DNA of 64,000 bases from Lingula anatina (Eukaryota; Animalia; Brachiopoda): NCBI GenBank assembly GCA_051362555.1, contig CM120649.1:13764001-13828000 (forward strand), read 5' to 3'. This document shows, in pieces, positions 1-11,981 of this stretch. The notes beneath the pieces are model-generated. The model did no database searches, had not been told where the DNA came from, and saw nothing but the letters and a program-made list of their open reading frames with translations. Every line of letters begins with the position of its first letter. The first letter of the stretch is position 1. The translations under genes were made by a program, and so were the position numbers.

Positions 1-1296
1 GATGTAACGTGTGCCCTTAGCGTCGTGACAAACAGACTTGGGGCTTACAATGGAGGTCCCCAGTAGCGGAGAGGGTTTTTATATTGAGCATGGGCATCAA
101 CCGAGATACGCCAAAGTCTCGCGATTGACGCAAAATGATGCGAGTTTTAGCGGGATTTGTAGGAGAATGGGGTCAGAGGTGATGTCAGACAAGCTACTGC
201 AGTGCAGCGCCGAATAAAGCTAAACAATTCATCCACTGATAATTTCTAGATGTTCTTTTTTTAACTTCTGTATAATGCCTTTTTTAAAACGGAACGAGTT
301 CAACATTCGTCAGTTTTAACTGTTTGAAAAGTAATGACCCCAGCGCATATATTTCTCCCTAATCGTCTGAAGGCCCATCTCCATTTCGCGCGGATTAATT
401 CTCACTCTTATTTTATTCAAGTCTCGTTCGGCGTTAAGCTGCCGTCAGTCTTTTTCATGTTTTCTCGGATGATATGCATTGTTCGCATGGAAAGGGTGGT
501 TAGGGAAAAAGCAGCCTGATTTGACTGCAGTTCTCTTTATTTTAGTGTATAAAAACAATTGGTACGTTATATGTTTTTAGAAGAGACGTATAATATGTCT
601 CCATTCATTATTTACTCATTTATTAATCAATATACTTTGTTGAGTTATCATTATGATGAAATAACACTGATCACCTGTTTTAAAGACCGGGTCCCCATTT
701 CCTCAAAATGAATCATTATTTTGAAAAAACACTGACCATCTGTTTTAAAGACAGGGTCCATTTCCTCAAATTGAACTTCCTTAAGCGGTGGCCTTGTAGT
801 CTAATGCAGTCACGAATATCACCCTTATCGGACGAGACGAGCGTGTTGTTGGACGTTGCCAAAACAGTTCAAACACACGTCTACATATCTGTTTTATTTT
901 ACATATGGTGTGTTCACATACGAATATTTACCAGTTGCATCAACTCCATATATATCTAAAATACACCAGTGCAGCAGTGGTCTGTTTAAATGATGAGAGA
1001 TTTGTTGTTAGTACTGCTGAGCAAAACAGATGGACCACCGCTGTACTGGTACCGTCCGTCTGCATTCTCGTCATTTAGAATGGACGTGGACTGGTTTTGT
1101 CGCGTTTTACGTGAACACTCCTAAATATATTGAAATAGCCCCGCTGCTGCTATCTTGGCTTCGTAATCAGTCGTCCGGCTGATCGATTCCCACGCTGGTG
1201 GAGACAAGGCAGATATGACAGATGATAGACTGGGGACTGATTTCACAGGGTAACTTTCGTCAGAATTTGGGTCTGAAATTTATTCGCTCAGCCTTA

Positions 1297-1521
1297 GACC
1301 CCATTCCCATAGATTTTAGATCGATCTATTCCTGTGGGGAGTCTCACTAGATTACTGTCAGCTTAGCCGGCTTAAGCGTCTGTCCCGCCTACTAAAAGCT
1401 GTAAGGGGGTAATTTACTATGGTGCGCGCTCGGCTGACTGCAGTTTAGCGTGAACCCCCAGGGAGTTAGGTCGATCTAAATCTTAATCTCTGGATCGATC
1501 TAAATCTCTGGGAATGCACCC
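1297..1521. mobile_element. PIF/Harbinger (Tourist-like) MITE, copy 1
   Basis: ~25-bp inverted ends (cattcccatagattttagatcgatc ... gatcgatctaaatctctgggaatg), flanked by TTA at 1294-1296 and 1522-1524. A near-identical copy lies at 58274-58499. Confidence 0.8.
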
Positions 1522-3922
1522 TTAAATTTCCCAGTAAATCGGTTGTACTTCACTCAGATGAGATACTGCACCAGGGACGTGTCCAGGATTATTTGAAGAG
1601 GGGGTCCGCGGATGCGAAGCCGACCCTTCCCTCCCCCTTTTGGTGTAGGGGTCGGGGCCCGCTGAATGGCCCCTAAAAATATGGTATTTTAGAGGGCGAA
1701 CAGTGCCTTAGGTACGGTTTAGAACTAAGATTCAGCTAGTCTAAATTCTAATTTCAAGAGAGGACCATTGGTGTGATTTTTTCAGAAATCGAAGGGGGGG
1801 GGGGGTCAGGACCCCCCTCCCCCTGAATCCGCTACTGCCACACTTTTCGTAAATGCAGCCAATAGCACTTCCCTTCTAATGGTTTACTGCAGACTTATTC
1901 TTAACTGAAATACTCCTATATTTTCCCGTATTTTTCTCAATGCATCTTTTTTTATCAAGAGAATTGGGACGGGACCCGCTGTTTCGCCGTAGAAAAAAGG
2001 GGGGTGGGGGTGACAATCACAGTGCATACAATTTTCCATATAACTTAACCCATGCCATGGAAACGCGGTTGGCATAAAGTTTGCACAGTGGTGCGGGCCT
2101 TCTTAGGAAAAGTGAAATTTCAGTCACATCAAATTACGTATAAATTTTTTGCAATTTTTTTTCGTAATTCTGGCTTTCTCTGTCATTTTCTTCTCTATAT
2201 CATAGTACCTAGCAATACGAAAAAATGTTAAAGGTAATTAAAAAGTTACATAAAATAGTTGTGGAAACTAAACCCGGTGTGTGCGTCACTGACAAAACTC
2301 AAATGTCCACCTTTTTGTGCAACGACTGGTACCCGGGGTTTCACAGAACACCCGATGGCCTTCCATGTTCAGCACACGACTGCCGTTATCAATAACCTGG
2401 GGAGAGAGCAATTGCAATGCTCTGAAACTCGGGGTATGCATTACTAAACCAAGTTTTCATTAAGTACCTGTATATTCACAGACTTCAAACAACGTTCAGT
2501 TTTCTTATTCACGTTTATTTCTCATAAAAAAATAGTACACTTAAACCACTAAATGTTATAAAATACAATATTGAATGACAGGCTAAAAACACTTGAAAAT
2601 ATTAAAACTGACGCCTTAGTAGACAAGTTATCAGATTTTGTTAAACAAAAGTAGTAAAAATCGTCTAATAGAAGATAAATTACAGTATTAAACATTAGTT
2701 TGTACGTTACATTGCCATGTCATGCAACATAATGTGCTTGCACAAACTTTGGGTTGACGCTACTGCCGTCAAACGATTTAAAATATACTTGGACAGAAAG
2801 TGCTAGACTGTATACCTTGACACCAAGTAGTATTATTACAGTATAAATAAAACACACACTTCTATTACAGTGTTATCTAATACAAAAACCCAGAATGAAA
2901 GCCGTAATACTACAATATCTACAATTGCAATTTACTGGAGGAAAATTCATTTTCTAAGTTTTGGCACCCTTTTTTTGACTCGAGTATATCTTTAATGTCT
3001 TGTTTCCTTGCACGTATACTGGTTTGAATTCCAGCAACTTTGCCTATTATTTATAGATTTTGTGGAAAAAAAAAGAATTAGAGATTATTTCAAAAACCAA
3101 CGCAAGAGACACGAGGCAGCACCAACAAGTAAAAGAAAAGTTGACGGTGAAAATGGTGGACTAAACTATGCTTGAGGAAAAACGCAACAGTAACAAGTGG
3201 GGGCTGGCCAACTTTGCTCCCAAGCGTAATAAGTCTGAGGACGAGACTTCTATAAAGGTATGTTTACCGTTTCATTTGGTATGCCAAAAAATCTCATTTC
3301 ATATGACAAATACAGAAACACTTTGAATGGTTAAAAGATCAATCAAGACTGGAAAATGGAAAACAGGACAAGTTGGGCATAGACAAAAGGAACTGTTTCC
3401 AGATAGAAAAGCACAGAGTGGGATGCCAATGGCCGGGTTAAAGAGAACATATCCACTACTTTTCCCTACTGACCAAAACCCATTCTCAATTCTAGGTGCA
3501 TGTATGACATATTTCAAGTCACAAAAAAATTACCTGAAAAGGGAAGATGGTGGAGGAAAGAAAATCACAGGATGTGTCGGTGTTTAGTCCGTTCAAGGTC
3601 AAGGTCAGAGGTCGAGTAGGATATCTGTGTCTCGTCTGTGTCTATTTTCTGATGTTTTTGAAGTTGTTATTGTAAGGTTTAGAGTGATATAAAACAAAAA
3701 GACTTATAAATACACAGGGACACGGACTGTGGTACTAGAAAGCGATAAAGACATTGAAATAGCAAGCTTTTTGGACTTTTTTGACACCACATATTTGAGG
3801 GGCACAGGAAGAACAGTAGTCATAACCTCGGTTCCCCGGTCACGAGCCAATGCCGTTTGGAGCCAAGTGTGCTGAATATATAAAAGGCAAGTGTCCTCCG
3901 TAGATTATCCATCACTCTAACC

Positions 3923-4487
3923 ATGTATGGAAAGCAAGATGGACCGAGCATTCTCACCTTAGGAGACTCTCACATCAGGCAGTTGCGGGCGGGACGACCA
4001 TTTGCGAGCCACAGGTGTATTTAGACGACATATGCATCCTCTATTCTGTCTTCACGCGGCAAAAGTTACCTTGTATGGTGTCAGAGGGTCAACACTTCGA
4101 CATCATATGAAGAACTTAAGCTGACATTGTCTATATTCACTTGGGGGTGAATGATCTCCTGCCAACACGGCGAAAGAGCTCCAAGAGGAAAACTCTGGCA
4201 CCTGAAGACCTGACTCAGGTCCTCCTTCACCTGGCCAAGAGAGTCATGTCATCGTTGGAGAAATCCTTCCGGGACTATCTCCCGGGAGGAATGACAAGGT
4301 TATGGAAGCCGTCAAGAAAACTAATACAATTGTCAGAGACGCTTTAATGCATGAAGAGGGTGTACGCTTTTGGAGTCACACGCGACTGAAGAGGCCCAAC
4401 ATTTCGTTTTTTGAGGAGGATGGTCTTCACCTCTCCACATCGGGATACTTTTACCTGTACAAATCCCTTCTGGAAAGCAAGGTCCAG
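3923..4487 (+). pseudogene. SGNH/GDSL esterase cassette copy 1, frameshifted, probably mobile-element derived
   Basis: Motifs LGDSHIR (block I), HLGVNDL (block III) and DGLHLS (block V) are spread over several frames. It has frameshifts and a ~20-nt deletion relative to copy 2. CCAAT at 3847-3851 and TATATAAAA at 3877-3885 lie upstream of ATG 3923. Confidence 0.75.
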
Positions 4488-4669
4488 GCCCGTTGTGGCC
4501 CGTTTCCAGAGTTTCAAGTGTGCTGCAAAAAGCAAAGCTTAGGGCCAGATAGGTGTGTGAAAATTGGGACATTGGTTCAGCAAGGGCAGATGGGGGAGAC
4601 AGAAATCCAGTTGGCCAAATTCGCGTGTCGGAGGATTTTGGTGTTGCGGTGCAAGAGTGTCGTCGCAAA

Positions 4670-5290
4670 TTAATTACCCACATGCAGTAAGTCAGAGAAC
4701 ATAATCCCCAGGCAAGAATGTCGTTGTGTTTTGACAAGCTGGTGATTGATGGTAAAATGTTCACTTATAACATCGAAACTGAGTCTATTGAGGAAAGGGT
4801 TGACAGGTGGCCCCGGCCCGCAGTTAGATCAATTAACTATCATCGCTTGGAATGTGAAAGGATAAAGGTCAAAAATGAGGTTTCCAGACTTTTACAAAGC
4901 TTTCACAAGTATTTTGAATCAGCGACTAAGATCTAGAGCACAAGATATTTGGTTAGATGAAGTGAGTGCAAATCAGAAGTTAAAGAAAACAATCGACCCT
5001 GAAAGATATCTGTTAAATATTAAAAATAAGTATAGTAGGGCATCATTATTGCTCAGATGCTCAGCACACAAACTTGGTATCGAGACTGGTAGGTGGCATG
5101 GTATCCCCAGAGATGAAAGAATATGTCTTTATTGTCATATGTACTTAAACATGGATGTTATTGAAAATGAATCCTATCTTATGTTCAGTTGTCCTTTATA
5201 CAGAAGTCTAAGGCTAAAGTACCTGGGAAACATACTTAAAAATTGTAATGAAGATTTTTTAGAACTTATGTAAGTATGTAATATATTACA
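4670..5290 (+). mobile_element. Non-LTR retrotransposon fragments: ORF1 C-terminus (FDKLVIDGK) and ORF2 C-terminal Cys/His region (RTEX/CR1-like)
   Basis: ORF 4875-5273 has LRCSAHKLGIETGRW..PRDERICLYC..ENESYLMFSCPLY..LR, the usual zinc-knuckle-like tail after a LINE RT domain. The tail is repeated at ~7140-7330. Confidence 0.7.
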
Positions 5291-5766
5291 TTACTTTGCC
5301 TTTAACATGGTATATTCGACCAACCTTCTTGGCACCCTGACTTTCACTCAGAAAGTCCTGATTGGGCATACAGACAAGGTTAAGGTTTTGCCCAAGCTGA
5401 CTACCTTATTGACAAGAATACATTCATAAACTCTATGGAACCATTATTCATTGATAAGTTTTCAAACTATTACAGGTTAGCCAATTTACCGGCTCTTTTA
5501 AATTCCTTACACTTAATTTATTGAGGACTAAAATGGTGTCTCCGATTTTTACTGGCATATCTGGTTATAAGGCTGTAATTTTTTAGGAAAAGTTTCTTGA
5601 AAAAAAAAATATATCTGCCACTGGTGGTTTTGAGTGCAATTCTCATTCTAAGTGGGGATGTAGAACAAAACCCAGGCCCTACAAGAGGCAAAGGTAGCAG
5701 CCGACAGACCAGAATTTCTCCTACTGGACATCTAGGGAAAGGGAAGAGGATATACAGGTAGAGGCA

Positions 5767-6065
5767 TTGCACCAAGAGCTAGCTGCACTACAAAAAACGG
5801 CCAAAGAATGTTGTATAAAGATAGAACATCTGTCAAGAGATAACGCAGTACTAAAGAACAAGTGTGATTACATGGAAAATCAAAGCAGAAGAGATAATCT
5901 GGTATTCTATGGTATGGATGAAGATGATCAGGAACCGTGGGATCAGAGTGAAGCCAAAGTTCACCAGTGTATTAGCGAGCTTGGGTTGAAAGGTGTCACA
6001 CAGATCGAAATACAGGAAGCTCATTGTGTGGGCCAGAAGAGAATAGGCAGATCCAGGCGGTGTAC
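5767..6065 (+). mobile_element. LINE ORF1 fragment (coiled coil + RRM, L1/CR1-type)
   Basis: Coiled-coil-like stretch followed by ENQSRRDNLVFYGMDE...W..SE.KV...I.EAHCVG, matching the LINE ORF1 pattern RRxNLxxxG. Confidence 0.7.
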
Positions 6066-6229
6066 CTTATTACAGTCTACAACCCAGCACAACCGACCAC
6101 TTTTCTGGTAACTTATTATTGCACTTCAGTGGTCCTTTTAAACATTCGCCGGCTAGGCCAGCCTCCGGTAAACTTAACAGTAAAATTAAAATTCGAAGAC
6201 ATAAGTTGATTGGCATAGGTCGGCTGCGT

Positions 6230-6450
6230 GCCTTTGGTAACTTCATGCTAATTACCTTTGATCAGCCCAGGACGGGCTTGTAGGACAGTTAAGGTGATAA
6301 CAACCAGGGGTACGCGGGTCACGTGCCCCCGGCAAACAGATCGTACTTACCTTTGATCATCTACGGACTGGTAAGGTGATTACAATCAGGGGTACCCCTG
6401 TCACGAGCCAATGGTGTTTGGATCGAGCCAAGTGTGCTGAATATTTAAAA
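6230..6450 (+). promoter_or_regulatory. Promoter-like motif cluster upstream of esterase copy 2 (2x TCF/LEF-type CCTTTGATC, CACGTG, CCAAT, TATA-like)
   Basis: CCTTTGATC at 6255-6263 and 6350-6358 within a short duplicated unit; CCAAT 6408-6412; TATTTAAAA 6442-6450; ATG 6488. Confidence 0.35.
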
Positions 6451-6487
6451 AGCAAGTGTCCTCCGTAGATTATCCATCACTCTAACC

Positions 6488-7067
6488 ATGTCTGGAAAGC
6501 AAGATGGACCAAGCATTCTCATCTTAGGAGACTCTCACATCAGGCAGTTAGGGGATGACCATTTGCGAGCCCCAGGTGAATTTAGACGACATATGCAATC
6601 TCCCTTCTGTCTTAGCTGGGCAAAAGTTACCTTGTATGGTGTCAGAGGGTCGACACTTCGACATCATACTAAGAACTAAAACTGACATTGTCTATATTCA
6701 CTAGGGAGTGAATGATCTCCTACCACCACGGCAAAAGAGCTCCAAGAGGAAAACTCTGACACCTGAAGACCTGGCTCAGGTCCTCCTTCACCTGGCCACG
6801 AGAGTCAAGGCATGCGGTGTAAGTCAAGTCATCGTTGGAGAAATCCTTCCGGAACTATCTCCCGGGATGATTGACAAGGTTATGGAAGCCGTCAAGAAAA
6901 CTAATACAATTGTCAGAGACGCTTTAATGCATGAAGAGGGTGTACGCTTTTGGAGTTACACGCGACTGAAGAGGCCCAACATTTCGTATTTTAAGGAGGA
7001 TGGTCTTCACCTCTCCCCATTGGGATACTTTTACCTGTACAAATCCCTTCTGCAAAGCAAGATCTAG
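6488..7067 (+). pseudogene. SGNH/GDSL esterase cassette copy 2, one frameshift plus an in-frame stop
   Basis: ORF 6488-6679 (ILILGDSHIR) and ORF 6708-7067 (VNDLL...FKEDGLHLSPLGYFYLYKSL). CAC TAG GGA replaces the CAC TTG GGG of copy 1. Direct-repeat partner of 3838-4508. Confidence 0.75.
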
Positions 7068-7380
7068 GCCCGTTGTGGCCCGTTTCAAGGATCGGGGAAA
7101 ATGTGCTACAAAAAGCAAGGCTTAGGGCCAGAGAGGCATGTTACTGAAAATGAATCCTATCTTATGTTCAGTTGCCCTTTGTACAGTAGTCTCGGGCTAA
7201 AGTACCTGGAAAACATTCTTAAAAATTGTAATGAAGTTTTTTTAGAACTTATGAAAGTATGTAATAATGACAATGCATGGAGACTGGGAGCTTATATATA
7301 TGAGGCTTTTAAGTTAAAGAGATCAGTTCATAGGTTTATAGTGGAGTCATCTCTTTATAGTCTATCCAAGAAATAAATAT

Positions 7381-7535
7381 GTGTTTCTCAAAACCTTTGG
7401 TTTCACAACAACCCTGGGAGGCCTGTCACTGAAGAACATATGTGCTTTTGGGAAAAAAACGGGAATCTTTCCATTGAACAGCTTCGCCTTTGCTGAGGAA
7501 GACTTCATTGCATCATGTGTAACGGACAGAGATTG
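7381..7535 (+). mobile_element. pogo/Fot1-like (DDE_1) transposase C-terminal remnant
   Basis: NICAFGKKTGIFPLNSFAFAEEDFIASCVTDR resembles the NI..GF.KTGI.P.N...F...DF..S.VT tail of DDE_1 transposases. Confidence 0.5.
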
Positions 7536-7902
7536 CCCCAACACTGACCAAGACGTGCTTGACTGTGGAGGTGCCCAGGGTTCCCGTTAGCGCAATTCTT
7601 GTGCGCCCCTGACGCTGTTTTATCAAAATTGACCCCACATTTTAAATGTATTGCGTCTATTTGATGCACATTTATCTCAGTCCTCAGTGTAACAATTTCC
7701 ACTTAATTTTCTTTCCATGCTGGTAGTCCGTTAGGGTATGCTTGTTAACAGTTTCAGGAAGCTGACTCCTAATGGAAGGTTACCATACTAATATTCATTT
7801 CCTAAAGAACACTGCCAAAATCTCTGTTAAATAAAACAATGGCTCACGAGAAACTGTCAGAAATGGATCGATCAACGCTTATCGGTACCATTATGGGAGA
7901 TA

Positions 7903-8415
7903 GTGACGCCAATTACAACAAGTTGTAATGTTCCATATTGCTTGATTGCATTGGGGCAACCTACTACCAGTAAGGATGAAGAGTGTCTCAACAGTTACCT
8001 AGAAAGAGAGGAACTGTCCCTAATACCAGTGCGTGGTGATGGCCGCTTTCTTCTGTATGCAATTAGCACAAGCCTCCATGCTGACGAAAGAGTAATGATT
8101 ACTCCAGATCAGAATGCCAGTCGTATTATGGAGGTGGAACAAAACGAGCAGTTGTACGATGCATTTCGCACCGACGACGATGAAGAGAAGAAAACTACAT
8201 GTAACCGCTACCTTTCCCTTCAAAATCTTAACCATAACGTTGCAGACATGCTTCTAAATATAGCCTGCAATGCATTGAAATTAACAGCCAGGGTAATTAG
8301 GTCGCCCGATGGATCATCAAACGAAACCAGCATAATGAAGAATGAGAAGAATGAGGCTGTGACAGTAATTTATGACATATTTTTGACTTATTTTCTTTAT
8401 TTAGATTTTCTTTGA
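7903..8415 (+). pseudogene. OTU-like cysteine protease remnant, probably TE cargo
   Basis: LSLIPVRGDGRFLLYAISTSL resembles the OTU motif V.GDG.C.F.A with the catalytic Cys lost; no recognisable His box. Confidence 0.5.
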
Positions 8416-10420
8416 GTTCTCACTCCTATATGGCAACAAAAACATGCAGAAAATAGCAGATAACTTAAAAGTGACCCTCACTGCTATGAAAGAAGCTTGT
8501 GAGATTGAAGGAATGGTTGAAGATGTATTCACCCTTCACCAAAGCCAGATATGGCAGTTGACAACTCTTGGGTCTTCTCTTTACCCTGAGAGGACATATG
8601 AGTAAGCCCGTTGGGGGGGGGGCGGGGGGGGGGGGGTAAAAACAATTATTCAGCTCTGTTCTAGTACAAAAGATACCGAGCTGAAGGCACAATTGATGAG
8701 AGATGTAAGATCACCCATGGGATGTCTTTGCAGATATACCAGGCAGACCAAGACCCTGCAGCACGTTATGATAGGTATGCTAGCCTTATTAGGAGAGCAC
8801 TAAGCAGGAACTTACTGTCTCCATAAAGCTCAAAATCCCACATCCCTACCAGGCAACTGTTTTACTCCGATTGAGATGCCAATGATAAGGCCCCTATGAC
8901 ACCTTTTAAACACCTATTGGGAATGATGGGTCGGACGCTATTGATTCAGAAGCTGCTACATGGATTTCTAACCCAACCAACGCCAAACTTCGACAAGACA
9001 GCATGTCTGATGAAGAACTGTCACATTTGGAATATATACGATAACTCATTGGAAAGTGACAACCCCCTGTCGCCAACTTACAATTCTACTACAGAGCATG
9101 CTCAGAGGAACTTCCCAGCAATATTGAAGCAGCAATATTTAAACAGGTATTTTGAAAAAACTGGTAAGATTTGCACAGAAGCTCTGCCGTTATTGGCAGC
9201 AGATACCACATGCCAAGAAGCCTGTGATAGGGTTCCTCCAACCATGTCCTCAAAGATGAACATTTCTATGCCATGTGAAATACTGAACTACCTTCCCAAC
9301 AACTCTTAGGGACAAGACTTTAATTGAGAGGCATATTCAGTGGATGAAGGAGGAAAAGAAAACTAACTGAAATGGAATAAAGACGCCTTTTTATTTAAAA
9401 CCGAAGATGGCAGTTGAGATATTCATTGCCACTGGTATTGCTCGCTGATAACTGGTAGAGTGACCAACCTTTTATTTAAAACTATGGAGGCTGTTGCCTC
9501 CAATAAACAGAAAATGGGTGAGGTTTGGGCGACAATGGTAGCCAATAAGAAACCCACCAAACGATCTGCAACAGTCTATGAAGAAGGAGAGGAAAGAGAC
9601 GACTCCTCCTACTTCGATATTGACAGTCCTATGGAACACAATCAAGAGTCTCCAGTGCCTTTGAGTGATGCAGAAACCGCCATACATCAAAACAGACACC
9701 CAACTCCTATGAATCCAAGTACTCAGCAGTCACCAGTATCTCCTATTGGTCAGGACACCGCCATACTGTCTTCAAATAGATTCAAACCCCAGTGAGTTCA
9801 AGGACTCAGGAATTCACGAGGTGCACACAATTTCAATTTAGTTGTTAATCTGATACTTATGGTGAGCTTAAGTGGAGCAAACAATCCGAGTGAAGTTTTG
9901 AAAAGTTCGCAGTGATACCAACATAGTGACCCACGCTATTGTAGAGTGGCAGGAAGAACATTCACCTATCGATGTGATCACCCTGCAGTCCATCGTAAGG
10001 CCAAGAATTAAATCAGAAAAATGTATACCATCAAAATCTGAATAGTATGGGTTCACTTTATTGAGTCTACTTTTCTCCTGAAATATATGTTTTAATTTAT
10101 TGGATATTGTAAGACAAAAACACAAGTACCAGGTATACACAACATACACATTTTTTGTAATACTTTTGTCAGAAGAAATGAGGGCACTGCATCTTGAGTT
10201 GATACAACTATTCCACTTGTAATAGAAACAACAGGAATAGAACTGCTGTCACCCCAATCTAACAATTATTTTTTATACAGATTATCTCTTCAGGGGTTGG
10301 CACAGATTCAAGGCATGAAAAATGATCCATTTATTCCTTGGTTGAGACAGTGAATAGTAGATTGGGAAGCATAGACCCAAACAGGTTAATCTCACGTATG
10401 CCAAGAAGTACTGATGAGCA

Positions 10421-11260
10421 TTGGAAACACCTTCATTGCAGAAGCAGAGCAAGATTAGTGATTCACAACTGCATGGGAAGATGACAGGCAAATATTGCCT
10501 CTGATTTATAGCCACAATTTTTTTCTTATGAAAATGAATGCCTTATAGAAAGCGCTGGATGCACCATACGACTTTACAGCAAGCGACATGCAACTGGTGA
10601 GAAAATGCAATTGTTGGGAAATGAAAGCCCTCTGACTCAAAAAGAGTAAGATAAAAGATTAGAAGAATAAAACTGGTGATTCACAACTACACGGGAGGAA
10701 AATGGGTAGATATCGCCCCAGATTTATGGAAACAAATTTTTTTAATGAAAATGCCTTATACAAAGCACTGGATGCACCGTATGATTTCACAGCGAGTGAA
10801 ATGCCATTGTTGAGAAAGTGGCTCTGTCTACTGCTGACTGAAAACTTGCCAGTGAGTTCACAGGGTGATATCAAGTACTGGAAATACAGTACAAATAGTT
10901 TCTCATCACTATGTTTACAAAGGCATAGATCCTATGAAAGAGTGTTGGAAACACCTTCATTGCAGATGAAGAACAAGGCTGGTGATTCACAACTACATGG
11001 GAAGATGAAGGGCAGATACTGCCTCAGATTTATGGCAACAATTTCTTTTTTTTTTTCCTTATAAAAATGAATGCCTTATACAACACGCTGGATGCACCAT
11101 ATGATTTCACAGCAAAAGACATGCCATTGTGGAGAAAGTGGCTCTGTCTAATGCTCATTGAAAACTTTCCAACGAGGAGTTCATGTGGGTAATATTAAGT
11201 ACTGGAAATATAGTACAAGCAGTGATATGTTACTATGCTTCTACAGGCACAGATCCTACG
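10421..11260 (+). repeat. Three diverged tandem units encoding a Ulp1/C48-like C-terminal tail; decayed TE gene
   Basis: Repeated ttggaaacaccttcattgcag / gattcacaact..catgggaagatg / gctggatgcacc.tatgatttcacagc at ~10421, ~10663 and ~10944. Translation NALYKALDAPYDFTASEMPLLRKWLCLLLTEN. Confidence 0.5.
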
Positions 11261-11981
11261 AAAGTGAAATCTTGTTTTCAAAATGTTTACGAACTCAAGT
11301 TCAGAATTCTGGCAAATGTATGTTATAATACTATTTGTATGCAATACATTTTGAGCAATTAAATATTCAGTTGGTTTTATGTCCGTGACAACATACACAC
11401 TGTAATTTTATGATTATACCTAATGCATTGAGGTCACACCCAATTTTCACGTGTTATTCCTTACATTTCTTATTCGACTAGTATAACCGTGTAAGTATAA
11501 AATCATAATTATGACCCTTGTTTCGGTGTTTTGTGCAATGCACACTTGACTCCTATATATAAAGGCATAGCACTTCTTTTTCACATATGATAACCGTAAG
11601 TTAATTAATATAATAATTCTGATACAGTACTTATCGACCCGTAGATGACCTATGTGCCAATGATCAAATAATATGTACATAGCACTATTAGGTAAGACTG
11701 CTACATTTACTACTACTTATGGGGTATGGTCTCGTAAAATTATTCATATACCTAAAAATAGAGATGGAATGTTTTGATTCTTATGAAAAATATACAGAAT
11801 TTTTCATATTTGTCTAACCTTTATTCCAGGCACATAATGCCATACCTAATTTAAAATGTTTTTCTCTATTACTCAATGTCGCTGTTACACAGAGCAACAG
11901 ATACTTCACTGATTACCTCGCATCACTGGGTTTAATAACAATATGGACTTTCTGTTCAACCTGACTGAACTGATCTCCACT

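Noticed and set aside
334-3587. Short ORFs in the first 3.6 kb
   Set aside because: No recognisable motifs and no consistent exon chain; the region is mostly MITEs and small local repeats.
6660-6710. Programmed ribosomal frameshift in the esterase cassette
   Set aside because: No recognisable slippery site is conserved in both copies, and each copy has further disabling lesions.
10421-11260. Repeat-spacer appearance suggesting a CRISPR-like array
   Set aside because: Units are ~200-300 bp, diverged and protein-like; the context is eukaryotic and there are no cas genes.
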